NCBI RefSeq assembly: GCF_018977255.1
Contig: NW_024704742.1
Coordinates: 49,106,001 to 49,170,000, forward strand
Source of the DNA: Callorhinchus milii
Lineage: Eukaryota
Direction of reading: 5' to 3'
Length of the DNA stretch: 64,000 nucleotides
A program made the translations under genes and the position numbers. Each line of letters opens with the position of its first letter. Position 1 is the first letter of the stretch. Below are positions 25,323 through 39,814 of the stretch, piece after piece. Under the pieces are notes generated by a model that saw only the letters and a list, made by a program, of their open reading frames with translations, was not told where the DNA came from and did no database searches.

Positions 25323-26789
25323 CTGTTCAGGAGAGAAGGGGAAAATATTATTTTTTGGTTGATCGAATAAAACAGGTGAGTATCTGTAAAATAAATTAAG
25401 TGTAATAAGCATCATATTAGTTGCTGCTTGACTGTGCAATCTTACACACTGACACCTTTTTTTAAACAAATCCATCTCATTATCTCTAATTTACAGATGT
25501 GGATTTGTTAGCTCTTCAATAATAAGCTACAATTCAGCACCTCAATTTCTTTACAACTATTAAAGCTCAGCTAGTATAAATACCATATTTAATTTCTTAA
25601 GATTGTCCTAAACTGTCCTATTATAACAGAATACAGAACAGAATTGTTCAAATGACATTCCTCGTAAGTGTATTACCTGGATAAATGTATGAAAAATTAT
25701 GGAAAATCACTTGTACATTTAAACACCGTGTTACATTACACCTCCCTTGGGCTGCTGACATTAAATATGCTAAGCTCTCATTTCAACCTTTGAATGTTCT
25801 GCAAAAAATCGTGTTCACTTACAATTTCAGGGTTACAGCTCAGCTTTGGTTAAAGCACAGATTACAATAATTCTCAATTCCTACAGATTTCATGCTCCTC
25901 AGGAGTAGAGAATGGAGCGATTTTTCCATCTGAAGCAATCACAGTGCTAAGTCGCTATGGCACAGGGTGATGGCAACATTGGCAATGCAATCTATAACCC
26001 GGTCCTGAAGACTGGGATATAGATTGCGTTGCCAATATTGGTTGTTTGAATAACACAGGACAACATCTTTAAGATAAAGTAAGTGTTAAGCGTCTTATTA
26101 GTAGTTGCTTGACTGTGCAGTCTTACACACTGCCACTTTTTAAACAAATGCATCTCATTATCTCTAATTTACAGATGTGCCTTTTGTACGCAGCCCACTT
26201 TCAACTCTTTGAACTGAGGAAAAGAAAATTAAGCCATTTTGCCAGTGAGTTGCCTTGAAGCTGAGGGAGAAAGTGCTGTGACCTATTGTCAATGCAGCTT
26301 GGTTGGCACTGCAATTTACTGATGACTCTCCAAAGCTATCAACTGGGATAGCTTGTTTCAGCTGAGTCCTTTGGAGCTGACTTCAATTTCAGTCTTCAGA
26401 CATTTAAAGGCATTATATGGTGTAAATAAAAAGACAGTTGCTGGAATGTGAATCAAATAAACAGGAATGCTACAAATCCACAACACGTTGATCAGCATCT
26501 GAACAAGGCTGGTGTTATAATTCTGATGAAAGGCTAATGATCCAAAATGGAACCCATCTTTTTTTTCAGATGTCAATTGATTTTAAAACATAGTATCTTC
26601 AAAACAAGAAGAAATATTTCCTGTGTAACATGGGATTCTGCTGTGCACAAATTGGCTGTTATGTTCACTTTCAAATTTCTGTGAAGCACTTTGAGACTTC
26701 TCAAAGTGAGAAGGCATTACCAAATGCAAGGATTATTCTAATATGTATATATTATATATATAATAATAATCCTTGCATTTTATTTGGGG

Positions 26790-27022
26790 AATGGTTCACA
26801 AGGATACCAGGAGAAACCATCCCAGGGCCATTGGATCTTTAGCATCTATCTAATCAGGCAGACGGGATCTCAGTTTCATGTTTGATCCAAAGGACAGCAC
26901 TTCCGATAATGCAACACACCCTGCACTGCTCAGACTATGTGAATTCAAGTCCTGACAAAGGGCTTGAAACCACAACCTTCTGACTCAAAAATGAAAGGAC
27001 TACCAACTGAGCCAGGCTGACA
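26790..27022 (-). mobile_element. Older Deu-domain-like SINE including tRNA head
   Basis: Ends ...CCAACTGAGCCAGGCTGACA on +, the reverse complement of the head at 237. Another head lies at ~33100-33255. Confidence 0.72.
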
Positions 27023-30000
27023 CACACATATGTATTGTGCTCATATTGGAAATATGCTCATGGGAGAATTCAATTACTGCAAAAACAAATTAAAAGTGTA
27101 CAAGGGTCACTTAATAAAATCAGTATTTTATACAACTATGTGAAACTGGCAGAGTCTCTTTTATGTTAAGGATGCTAATTATACTGTCAAGAATCTAATA
27201 GGATCAATGTTTCCACCAAAAATGAGCTAAGCTTAAGGGAAAAAGCAACTTATCAGACATGATCTTAAATGGATTCCGCTCTGGTAATCTTACTAATTAT
27301 GGAAGACTACTAGCCAACTGGGTATTGAATATCTTTTACAATGTGCACATTTTAGATCGTCCAACATATACAAAAGAAATTTCCTGTTATTTTCTTATGC
27401 CAATTATCAAGCAGAGTTTGAGAAATGTACGGAAACAGAGCAATTGCTAACTATTAGCTTTCTGGGATTCTGAAGTAAAGTGAAGTGATGAATAGAATGG
27501 CTTTGAATCTCTAGAAGGCAAACAAACCACTTTCCGACATTGCACGCACAGGTGCGAAGATGAAATTACGGCTTCTTGCCCAATTTTTTGGCTTTTCTCA
27601 AGCAGCAGTGCTAAGAACAAGTAGAAGCATCCCATAATATTTGCCCTGCTTGTGTATGCATGACTGGAGTCTCAGCCGCAACAGAGCAGGACTTAAGACA
27701 TGGGCTTATACTGTAATTTGAGGTAGGGTTTGGCAAGACGCACTTAAGTTTCCTCAGAAGGTTCATATTTGGATATTGGCCCAGACATTCCTCCTTCTGG
27801 AAGTATTCATTATTTTGGGGGCTCAAACTGCTGAACATTCAATGACAATTGTAATCATTTATGCGTGTAACATAATACAGTAGTGTTTATTTAATCACTC
27901 GTAATAAACCCATTCTTTAATTATTTAATTGCAGCGAATGTGGCAGACAACTTGTGAATAGCAATGTCCCACAAATAGCCGTGAAATGAATGACCTATTT
28001 TATCTGGAATATTGTTGGCCAGGATACTGGAGAAACACCGTTCTATTTTCGAACAGTGCCACATGATTGTTAATATCCACCTGAACAAACAGATGGGACC
28101 TTGATTTTTAACATCTCATCCGTTTCATGGCTGTTTGTAGGACATTACTGTATCCAACTGGGCTACCGGGTTAGTCTGTGAAAACACAGTCACTCCACAG
28201 AATATCATCACGTGAAGCGCTTTGGGATGTCCTCCTGACGTCCTATACTAAATGCAAAGATTATGATTATTTTATCCGAAAGATGGAAAGGCTCATTGGT
28301 TACATGCATAATTATTTCCTCTGCTCTTAGGAAGCCTGCAAACATTATTGCAGCATATTAATTAATGTTGAAATCATGAGGTTATAATTTGGCTGAATTA
28401 AAAATGTTGTTGCATTCTGAGGTCAAATTATAGTCAACGCCTTGCTAATCTTAAACAGTTTACTGCCAAAGAATAATGTTTCAGAATATCTTGTAAGAAT
28501 ACTCAGAGACCCTTTCCTGAGCATGTTTAGACAAGTAGCTCTGCTGCGAATGCACAAGTGCAAAATTAATGGTATTAAAGTCAATTTAAGTGGCATTTGA
28601 TCTCAGAATTAGCTTTGGTGTTGTGTGGCAGACAGAATATGAAACAAGCCCCACTGGGTTTAGTGCTACCAGTGAGGATTAGCCTTTCAACCCACAACTC
28701 AATTACTCAATGTTTGAAGATGGAAAAAAAGGTTCCCACTTATACGATTCTGGATGTTTTGGGCACTTTCGGATTAATTTTATTAGGGTGAACAAAGGAG
28801 AGCTCTGGTTTAAATCAATTTAGTTCCCGATCTTTGACAGTTTTAAAATAATAACATTTCACACTAATTGTTTGCCAGATCAGCCTTGAGCAGAGTTTGC
28901 AAATGAGAAATATCTAGGGGTTGACTGAATGCTGGCCACATCATTACATAATCTGTTATTGCAGAGTGCGCTGTAACTTCAAAGACAATGTTCTTCTGGG
29001 CAGATTAAAAATACAACAGATAGTTTCCAGGAATTTGTTTCACAAATACAATACGTGACCATGCTCAAGAGATTTTGGTACAGAATTAAAGGTAAAGCAT
29101 TATTTCACGGAGAGTAAAGCATTTAGGTAGCTAAAATTTCTCCAAATTGAAACGGAAATCACATAATTAATCACATAGTTGACATGAGAACAAAGGCTGC
29201 TGAAGGAAATAATAAATCTGAACTCTGAACTTCTAGTGTTTAAATTCTATTAGATTCAAATGTACACGTGTCATGCGTTCTTACAGAGGCTCTGGCAAGA
29301 TTCAGGAGAGCTGTGCGATATTTCTTTAACCGTTCAAAGACTGAAACGTGCCAGAGACAAGTGCAAAACAGAACAGAATTACACTTTGTTTTGTTCCGTC
29401 TAGTTTCTTATTCCAACATCTGTTGGTTGTTACGGCCATTAAACAGAAACTGGGCTATAAATCAGCCAGATTTGTGAAAACCCTCCAAGTTACAATTTTC
29501 CTCTGAAGTAAGCAATCAGAAGAAGGCAGTGTGAATTATGCAATGGACTTATGATGAGCAGTTAATGAGGTCAATAGTGCATGTAATAAATGAAATGTGC
29601 TCAGACAGGAGGAAAACAGTGTGGAAAAGCCACCAGTTGCTGAATGGATGTGGTTGTTTGAACAGGTTTGATTGTACTGTGGAATAGCTACAGTATGTTG
29701 TCGTTCATCATGCTGTTTCCATTATTGCCAGTGGACTAGGATCTAGTATATAGACAGACAGGAGGGGTGCACTGCACGAAGAGAGATTTTTAAAACTGAT
29801 AATAATAATAATAATCTTTGAATTGATATAGCACTGTAGGGAGGATCTCTTAAAGCGTTTTCTGGCATTTACTGTGAAGTGACCGTACTTTGTAGGTGAA
29901 CACAGCAGCTAATTTGTACAGAGCAATGCCCCACAAACTAAGTGTAAACATATACACTTTTAATTCATTTTATGGTTTTCTGTTGTAAAGACTTTGATGA

Positions 30001-32818
30001 CAGATCTGCGGATGCTGCAGATAATGAATGGAGCAGCCGCCAAGATGCTTTCTGTGGGGTTTAATATGTATTTACAGCTGAAGCAAAAGGTCAATAATCA
30101 GCATTCAAGCTGCATCCACTAAATTTAATCTCGCATCAGTACATAATGCGATTTGAGAATGGGATTAAAATATTGGGGCCCAATTTGTGGTCCATGTGTT
30201 TATGTTTTTTCCACTGGAAAAATAGTCTGGAGGTGCACTTTGACTTTCGTACCCCTCTGCACCCCTTAACCCTCATCATGAAGTTCTCATTATCACTGGT
30301 GGTCAGTGAAACTGAGCCCTGTCTGGCAGGATGCAGTGCGTTTGAGTTTTCCACATTTGCTATCCTGCTAAGGATTAAGTTAAGAGTAGCAGAGACTTGA
30401 GAAATCATTGCCAGCTCCATCACAAATGTCTTCTCCATCACAAAATGTCAGGTTTCAAAATTCAGAAAGACAGCCGAGAATCCTGCTACTCCAATGACGT
30501 GCTGGGGGAGGTTTGCATAGTCAGAGGCGCCATCTTTTGGATGAGATGTTAAAGAGATTACCCATTTGCCTGTTCAGATGGAAGTTAAAGATTACATGGT
30601 TCTATTCGAAAAAAGAATGGAGTATCCTGGCCTTCAATCCACTGATTCAAAATTGGTCATGGATCTCCTGGCTGTTTGTCAGACAAATTGGCCTGCAAAT
30701 ACAGTCATTATAATTTACAATAATTCCCATGAAGTGTTTTGAGGTTTGGTGATGACATAGATAAGAGAATAATTCCTGCATTTGATTATAATGCCTTATC
30801 ACATCGTCAAGACTCACAGGATTTTACTGTGAAGTGTTGTGACTGTAAATGTAGACAAAGATGATATATCAAATGTAATTATTATCATTAATACTAAGCT
30901 ACATTTTTTTAAAAGAGAGAAAATATTTCAGGTATTTTCTTTNAAAAAAAGCTGGTTTCTGTTCTTCCAATTTTATACCATATCATATACAAAGCAAAGT
31001 TATAGGACCTCAGGACATTAGACACCAACTTTACTAAGCATTAGCAGGCAAAACTCTTATGTTGAAAGTTAAACTTTGATCCATATAATACTATAGTTTC
31101 ATGTGAACAGTCATAGAAATGTAGAATTCTTCAGCACAGAGGTGGTCATTTGGCTCCTGTATGTCTATACTTCTGTGCCTTTTTCTGAAAGTTGCCCTTT
31201 TTATTAGTCCCATATTAGTCCTTCGCTTGTGTTCTTTTTATCTTATTTTAATCTTTTTCCTGCTAGGATGATACAATTGCAGCAAATGACATTTCCTAAT
31301 AAATTTCTTAAAATGCTGCCAAAGCTGTGGAATAGCTGAATAAATAAATCTTACTTTTGCTGCCTGCTCAGACCATAATGAAATTCTCCACATATAAGAA
31401 GCTTCAAAGATGGTGGAAAACAATAGTTTGGGGGATTTAGTTGTTTTCTGACATTTATTAAGCATTGGCATTAATGATGGCATTAATAGCGCCAACTCTA
31501 TCATTGGCGATTGGCATTTTCAACAATGTTGTTAACTGCGATTCGCCAGTTAACATTTGTTCCAATATTCCATTTAATATTCCTAAAAATTTATTTAATT
31601 TGTTTAATGCTGTATTTATATTGAATGACTGACTGTGAATTACAGTCATTCACCACCACGTTTACAGTATAAATGGAGATTCAAGCAGCAGGCATAATGC
31701 TGGAGCTGCGGACACTGCCATGCATAACTAGTTTGTTCGACTTGGGTTCTTTAATATCTGCATCTCTATTTTCCTTCTCTCCAGCCTTTTAATTGTGATT
31801 CAGTCGCATTTGTGAACAAGACTTCTGAAATTGTTCAATGTTCTTGCTGTGTTGGATTGTGAAATATCTTGTCACTGATTTTCATGTGTAATATCAGTAT
31901 ACATTATTTTAAATTAAATAAAGAAATATTACCAGTAGCTGAGCCTACTACAGTATTTCAAATATTCTTTAAGAATTGTAATAATACAGGGAAATCCCTC
32001 TATCTATATTACGGTCAGCTGGGCACAATTTCTCACTGACTGTGTGATAAACGAAGTGCAATAAAGATGGCCAATTTACAAACTGGAGTCACTTCCTGCG
32101 AATTGTATAATAATATAATAATCCTTGCATTTGATATAGCGCTTTTCATGTTTTCTAGACGTCTCAAAGAAGAATATACTGTACAGAATACAGAATATAT
32201 TGTAAAGTGAATTAACTATATTTATGGGCGAAACGCGGCAGTCGTGGATTGAAGTGACCAATTTCTTAATTGTTTTTTTTCTTGAGGGATTATTTTCAAG
32301 AATAATCCTGTGTATACTATGCACAGGAAGTGCTGCTGCTGAAAGTGTTACAGGAGGCATGTCCCAGTGCCCAGCACATAGGAAGTGACACCAGTGACAT
32401 TTCCTACAAGTTGGCCATTTTTTGGTATAGGAAATTTGGTTTGTGAGGGTCCATTGTAGACTCTTGTTATCTCAAAAGGCACTATAAGTGGGTTCCCCTC
32501 CACATGTCTGTTGTGTATAAAAGATAATATAATAATCCTAGCATTTGATATAGTAGCGTATTGCATTGTCGAAGGGTCTCAAAACATTTTATAGGATATA
32601 CTGTTGAGTTTAATGACTGCATAATTGTAGGCCAATATGAATTGTTATGTATTATGTAAACATCGCACATGGTTTACACTAACTACACAATTTGCATTCA
32701 TGTATGGGGCATAACAGATCTCAATATATACTTTTCTATATTTGGAGGTGAGCTAAAGACAAATGAACCTTTGAGTTCAGATATCTGTACGACATTGATT
32801 AAACATAATAGTTTGTAC

Positions 32819-32914
32819 CTGTTGACATATACAATTTCTCCTCCTGGAGCCTCGGTTTTTGCTTCCAGCTCTTGAACTTCTTCCGCGATAGTCTTGCGAA
32901 ACGATCTCTTAATG
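32819..32914 (-). CDS. atp8a1: ATP8A1 internal exon (96 nt)
   Basis: tttcag|C ATT...AAC AG|gtacaa. Encodes IKRSFRKTIAEEVQELEAKTEAPGGEIVYVN(R). Phase 2/2. Confidence 0.93.
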
Positions 32915-34195
32915 CTGAAAGTTAAAATGATGAAAATCTTTGGTGAACAGAACATTAGAAGACATAAACGCTATTCGATATTTAAAGAATGACATTTCTT
33001 TCATTTACACAGTTCTGAAAGAATTCTAGTATCGGGTAATAACTTTTATTCTGGTCATACGAGGGTGAAAAAAACATACATAGAATTTAATGATTCATAA
33101 AATGCGCTTCCGACAATGCAGCACTGCCCCCAACACTGGATTGGAATGCAAGCCAAGGCTATGAGCTCAAATTTCTGCAGTGAGACAAGGGGCTTTAACC
33201 CGCAATCTTCTGACTTATGAGACGAAAGTCCTACCAGCTGAGCTAGGCTGACAAATACAAGATATTCAAGGTAAAACAAGAGCACTTTGGGTATCAGCTC
33301 TGACAGTGAGGTATGTGTAAATACGACAGGAATATCGTGTGGATAGACATGCAGCTGACACAGACTGACATGTTCAGTGGAAACCCATGAAGATACTCTG
33401 ACGATATTTACCTCCCTTAGTTTGTTTTCAGTAATTGTTCGGTCCCATTGGCAGACTTCTACAAATTTTACCTTAAATTATTTCCTGCACATTTCCCTTT
33501 TATTAGAGCAGGTTATTTTCCTGAACTAGAGTACTGCATTCCAAATCTTTACACATTCTGCCATGAAAAGATTTGCTCCAATGTAAATATCCTAATTTCA
33601 CATTGCTAACTTTGAGCCAAGCAACAATTGGCCTTCACTTCCATTTAATCCATTTAGTTGTCGTTTTTTTTAAAAACTGCAAAATAAAATTTAGTTATAA
33701 TTGCTGGTGTTTAACCAGCTAAAACCGCAGATGTTGCCATTGAGAGCATTGTCATATTTTATTATTTGGTGTTCGTTTTAAACCATTTGAAATGATTGAA
33801 TCAAATTAATTTATTTTAAAATTTAATTTGTCTCTGAACATGAAGCAACGAGTTCCAAGTAAAAAAATGAAGCTCAAAAGTATGACACTGTTCTCAAAGG
33901 CAACCTATGCAGTTTTGACTGAATCGCTCCAGCAGTACCCAACACAAGGGTCTCCAAGCCTTGCCTCCTGCCAACCTGCACCAAATACTATCTGGAATTA
34001 GGTAAACGGGGTGCGATTGGATTCCATTCCAGTGAGAATGTGCATTATATCCAGACACAGGGAAATTTCCATGTGTAAGTGGAATATATATGTGGAACAC
34101 TCAATCCGGTTTAGATACTCTTTAAGGATGGACATGTGTCAGACCCCTGCCTGACCAAAACAAGTCATGTGGATTTAGCATTTTGTTATACGTAC

Positions 34196-34284
34196 ACTTT
34201 GAATGCGAGATCCATTGACAGAGAAGCAATCGGGATGAATATGAAGCCCATCCAAAAAACTCCAGATTTGAGCAATATTGAAGC
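34196..34284 (-). CDS. atp8a1: ATP8A1 internal exon (89 nt, last TM helix)
   Basis: ctgcag|GCT...AAA GT|gtacgt. Encodes ASILLKSGVFWMGFIFIPIASLSMDLAFK(V). Phase 0/2. Confidence 0.94.
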
Positions 34285-34887
34285 CTGCAGAGGATGAGAA
34301 ACATTACTGTATAATGATGAATCAAACAACAATTTTATAAAGGAATTTACAAACAAAAAAATATATACAGGTATTACATACAAACATTGCAATGTTAAAA
34401 CAATATATTTACATCTAAGCCTCATTTTATCCCAATCTCTATCAAGCAACTGTATTCAGGATGTATCCAAAATATTAAGGATCAACAAAGTCACCAATTT
34501 TCACCCACATTTCATTAAAAAAAAGGTTAACTGATCTTTTTCCCCCAGTGTCGGGATGGTGTACACCATATTGTGAACTTAGTTGTGTGCATTCTTGAAG
34601 TTATATGCAGTTACAAAACTAAATAGTGAATTTGGTAACGTTTCAGAAGGGATTTAAAGGGTATGGGGAAATGCACGATTGTGGGACTAAACGTATAGCT
34701 ATTTCAGAGAAACAGAACAGGCATGATGGGCTGAATGGCCTCCTTCTGTGCTGTAAATTAACGTGAAACTTCTGTGCCTCTGAGGGCTTTTTTGGTTAAA
34801 ACAGAAAAATTGTATTTAAATCATATCATCGTCATGATGCATGAAGAAACTAAAGTCAGATCACAGAAGAGAAGTAATGGAAATATC

Positions 34888-35470
34888 CAACAACAACAAC
34901 ACATTGTTGGGAGGATGTCCCAAGGCGCTGGGCAGTCAGAGATTTAGACCCGAGCAGGTGGTTTGGATCAGGAGAATGGAGGGCAGGGAGGGTAGGGGTA
35001 GGACGGTGGCTGAATATACAGTCGAAGAGGAGGGTCTTGAGACATGCTTTGAAGGAGGTAAGGCAAGGAGCAAGACAAAGGGGATCTGTGGGATGGAGTT
35101 CCAAAGGGTGGGGGCAGAGAAGCTGAAAGCCCGACCGCCGATGGTGGGGCAGGTCGGGCGGGGACTTGGAGCAGGCCAGCGCCTGCTGAGTGGCGGAAGT
35201 GGACAGTTTGATGTGGGATTAGCAGGTCACAGAGGCAGGAAGGAGCAAGGCTGTGGAGGGCTTTGAAGGTGAAGACGAAGATTTTGAACTCTATCCTCTG
35301 AGGGATGGGGAGCCAATGGAGCCGGGTGAGGGTTTTGGGGTCACGGAGCCTGGTGCGGGAGAAGCCATGAGCTGTAGAGTTCTGGATGATCTGCAGCTTG
35401 TAGAGGGAAGAGCTAGGAAAGCCGACAAGCAGAGAGTTGAGTACTGGAGCCAAGATGTAACAACAAGGCG
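34888..35470 (-). mobile_element. L2-clade LINE 3' fragment
   Basis: NSLLVGFPSSSLYKLQIIQNS...LHWLPIPQRIEFKIFVFTFKALHSLAPSCLCDLL, then 3'UTR and (GTT)n tail. Confidence 0.9.
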
Positions 35471-36373
35471 AAGACTGGGATGATGCGGAAAAGGAGTTTA
35501 GTGTGGTTGAGTATTATGGACAGTAGAGGTTTCAATTAATTGGATTTTGTGGAGCTGGGAAAACTGATGAGGATAGTATTGGAATAACTGACGCGGGATG
35601 TGATGAAAGTGTGGATGGGGGTTTTGGCTGCATTTGATGTAAGGTATGGTCAGAGGGGGGCAATGTGGCAGAGATGGAGGGGAGCGGTCCTGGTCAAGTT
35701 GTGGGGTAAGGACAGCTGGGGGGAGGGAGGTGGGAAGGGAGCTGGAGGCACAGAGCCCACCCACATAAAATATAAAACAAAAACCCAACTACAAAGCCTC
35801 AGCCTACATCATCACCTCTGCCCTATCTACCCTACCAACATTGGGCAAGCTTTCATCCATTCTGCCCCTGATCTCTGGAACTCCAGAGCTCTGTTTTCTG
35901 GTCTCAGACTGAGAATGAGAGTTTTAAGAGCTGAAAGGAAAGTCAGGTAATTTTAGCATTAGCACCTCAAATGGCCCATTTATACTGACTGCACTTTCAG
36001 TGCTGATTTAGTGCAGTTTCCCAGAGATCGTTTTGGAAACAAACTGCTGCTGTTGCCCAGAGTATAAATCCAGTTATACTGCAACCAATTGTAATGAATT
36101 TTAAATTTATATTGCAAGTGCAGTTTCTCTTCAGTCCCGAGCGAGTTGTATAAATCTGGTCTCCTGCTCTGAATCATTTTACTGCTGGAAGCAAACGCAA
36201 TATCATTTCTATTAAAAGAAGACAAAATGGTCTCTGTCGAAACTTTTGCGTAAAAAGTCTGGACATGGTTGCAGTACAACTGCAAGAGATGGTCAGAGGC
36301 AGCAGTCCAAAATTTTCTCTGTGACCTTGTCTCACTCCTGACGTGATTGAAGAATCCAAATGTGCACCAGTTT

Positions 36374-36696
36374 ATAATAATAATAATCCTTGCATTTGAT
36401 ATAACGCTTTTCACATCGAGAGGACGTCCCAAAGCGCTTCACAGAACACACTGTAAAGTGAATTGACTGTATATTTGTGGGCGAACGCCGCAGCCAATTG
36501 CGCACAGCAGTGTCCCACAAACAGTCATCGATTGAAAATGACCAATTTATTATTGTTTTTGGTTTTGGAGGGATTATTATTAGGCTGTGTGTGGAGTAAG
36601 GAAACTTGCCCAAGGTTTCGCCCTGACCTGCCTGGAATTGAACTCAGGTCTCTCACTTGCAAAGCGAGTGCTCAAACCACTGAGCCACAGGACTCC
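36374..36696 (-). mobile_element. Full-length tRNA-derived SINE, subfamily A
   Basis: Same head, body and tail as 9092-9417. Flanking direct repeat CAGTTT (36368-36373, 36698-36703). Confidence 0.92.
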
Positions 36697-39600
36697 ACAG
36701 TTTGGTTGTAATTGTACGGGAAATTCACAAAGTCCTATTACCCCAATGTTTTTCCACCACCCTACAGTGCATTGACCAACAATTAAAACATGTGGAAGAA
36801 TGGTGATATTTAGAAATACTTTGCTTTACATAATTGTATTCAGTACAAATGTTTAATTGTATTTTCATGGCAAATGATCAGTCGCCACATTCGGTACAAC
36901 ATCTTCCATAGCACATATGATGGATTGACGAGGCAAAATGCTCATTTCAACTCATCCGTAGTTTCATATTGCTAAAGGGGGAGACGGAGGGGCGGGGAGG
37001 GAGCGGGTAAAAGGACTTTGTGGCTATCCTGTAATATTCATCTTGAACTGCTTCAGAGGCAGAGCTGTACTGCAACATTAAACATTCACAACAAAAGCAG
37101 TGCAGTACCATCTCAGATCAGTCACCAATGTAAGGCAGTAGGAATTTAAAAGGAGACGAGAGTGAAAGTGTTGCAACCACATAGTATATGTCAATCGTAT
37201 ATCAGATTCCCTGGTGGAGAGCAACTTCATGCTGTTAGCACATACCTTGCACTGCTGCCTGAAGACTGAAATGCATATTTATTTGTTCTTGCGTTTGACA
37301 GGCTGACAATATCTGTCATTGGTCCAATACAACAAAATACCTCGTCTCTTCTACAACCAAAACAAAGTTTGTTTGACCTGCCGGGTAAGATGCTGCAGGT
37401 ATTTGGGGGTTTAGGAACAACCTTCACTCAGTTCTGAATTTCGCATTGAAATGAGACGGCTTCCTGAAAAGGTTGAGCCAGTGTTTGTTATTTTATTTAT
37501 ACCTACTGGAGAACTCTGAAAGATGACTTGTGTGTAGTAAATAAAGTGGAATGTGTATCACAAATACTATGCTTCTTGCTGCTTTCAGAATTAGGATAAT
37601 TCTAACATTTAATATCTGTTAAAAAAATCTTCCGCCCCACCCTCTTCCACAATAATTTTTTTTAAAACTTTTTTTAAATTAGTTGTATTTACATGATTGT
37701 GTAACTAATATTTAAAAAATCATCCTTTTGGTGCAGTTATCCAACAGAAACTAAGCCTATTGTGGCAACTCTATCAATATTTTACTGTCTGGATGTTAAA
37801 AGCTCTGTACGTTTTGCTGTGACTTTTGATAAATACAGATAAATACAGTATTCAAACTTTCATTCTTAATTGTATTAATTGTATGCTTAATGTTCCCAAA
37901 CTCCAACTGAAGTAACTTGGGGAATAATTAGCAGTACATTAAATAAAAAGATGAAATATTTAATACATCAAATTACATCCAAACTCATTACATTAGTAGA
38001 AAGGGGGGAATGAACATGCTTAAGTCCCACCATAAATAGTTCAGTTAAACTGATTTGTAGATTTCTTTTAAAAAATTGTTAAAAGTATTTCATATTTTTT
38101 CTCTATAAAAATCTTAATATTTGCTGAGACATTATTAAGCCAGCTGGTCCCATCCCAACTCACTAAATGAATCATCATTCGCTCAACTCAACAGAGCCTG
38201 GGAATTTTCAGATCTCAGTTTTATGAGATACCCAAGTGTATCTCTGCTCCAGACAAGCATCAAAACAATTGCGTCTAGCTATGGCTTTGAGTGGGACAGA
38301 GTGAAAAGTCTATTTTATTTATTTTTTTACAGTTAAACGAATAAACGTACAAGGGCAGGATTCTAAAGGCTTACATTTTTCAGACTCCAGGGAATCTTGT
38401 AAGTAATACCGATGGTTTTCCTTAAATATTTTCACAAACTTTTCATTTGCTTTCATTAAGACACAAGTGCAATTGTAGCAAACCTCGCAGCTTCCTTCAT
38501 CACTTATTTGAGGCACAATAGGAGGATTTAAATCATCATGGGCTGCAGATGAATGAAGTATTTGGGTTTAAAAGACCTCTTTAAGGGCACTGATTGACGA
38601 GGTTTCCTTCTCTATCCCCCAAACAAATGGCAGGGCTTCCAAAACCCAGAGACTTAAGGATTTACTGTTGTATTGCCACTATTTTAGTCAGGTTTTTAAA
38701 TCTAAATGTTATTATTATTCAATCTTATTATTTCACTTGTGATGGGGCAGGGATAAAATATCATCTTGTTGCCTTACGTGGAGCCTTTGGTGCTTCTCTG
38801 TGTTTCTCTCTCTCTCTCTCTCTCTGAGTGTATGTGTGTGTCTCTGAGCGGCAGGAGGTGGTGAGCTCCTGGAGTAGTCAGACACTGGCCAGCAATGCTG
38901 TTTTTTGGTGGATCTCCAGGCCTTCAAATGTAGTCCGGGGTGGAAACAGACCCTTTTGACTTGCACTGGTTAGTGTCTGCCCCCCACCTCCCCATCGAAT
39001 GGGCCACCCAGTTTTTGTTAAAGAAAGCATTAATAATTGCTCTTGCAGCAATATGTGTTATTTCTTCATGGTTAGTTTTTATCAATAGTGAAAAAATATA
39101 GGTTAGCAGTAATATATGTACCACAACAGAGGCAATCAACCTCCCACACCCCTGGCAATTTTCTGCAAAATCTGTTACATTTTGTTGCAAAATTTGTCAG
39201 GTTTTCCTGTAAATGTTGGCAAATATTTCTGCAATTTTCTATTGTCCTTGACCATAGTCATGCCCCTCTCCATCCCCCATCATTACATAATAAAATGTTA
39301 TCTTACAAATAATACAAAAATATATTCAACAGATTCACACATAGTCAGTTAAGTCAGCCATGCAAATTCTATAGAACATCTGGGATACTGACCTTAAATA
39401 AAAATCATTACCAATGCATTGTAAAAGTTTGTAACTTTAACACACAGCAGATAATTTCCCCTTTAAAATAGGCTTAATTTTTTGAACTGGGCTCTTAAAT
39501 CTCAACTAAAATTAATTGGAAGCACATTTTAAATATATATTCAGTGCTCCTCTTAATATGCCACTTGTAACAGCATAAACAAATCATAGGCATTGACTCA

Positions 39601-39814
39601 CTGGGAATGAGTATTTTAATGGTGATCGCTTGCATAATATCGTTATACCAATGTATCGGTGACATTACTTACAGTTCTGTGTTCCACTCACAAAGCCAGT
39701 ATTGGTTTGTGTCAGCGAAGGGAGAGGAAGTACAAAATGCTAGGCTATTTGTTACTTTGTGATGCGCAGCGCACAGTACATGCAATGTTTGCTTATTCAA
39801 TGTCTGGTCAATTT

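Noticed and set aside
11474..30943. Single N bases at 11474, 13162 and 30943
   Set aside because: All sit next to homopolymer runs. Sequencing/assembly ambiguity, not biology.
36174..36359. SGVRQG resembling a LINE RT motif
   Set aside because: Flanking residues do not continue the RT pattern. Unsupported without a profile search.
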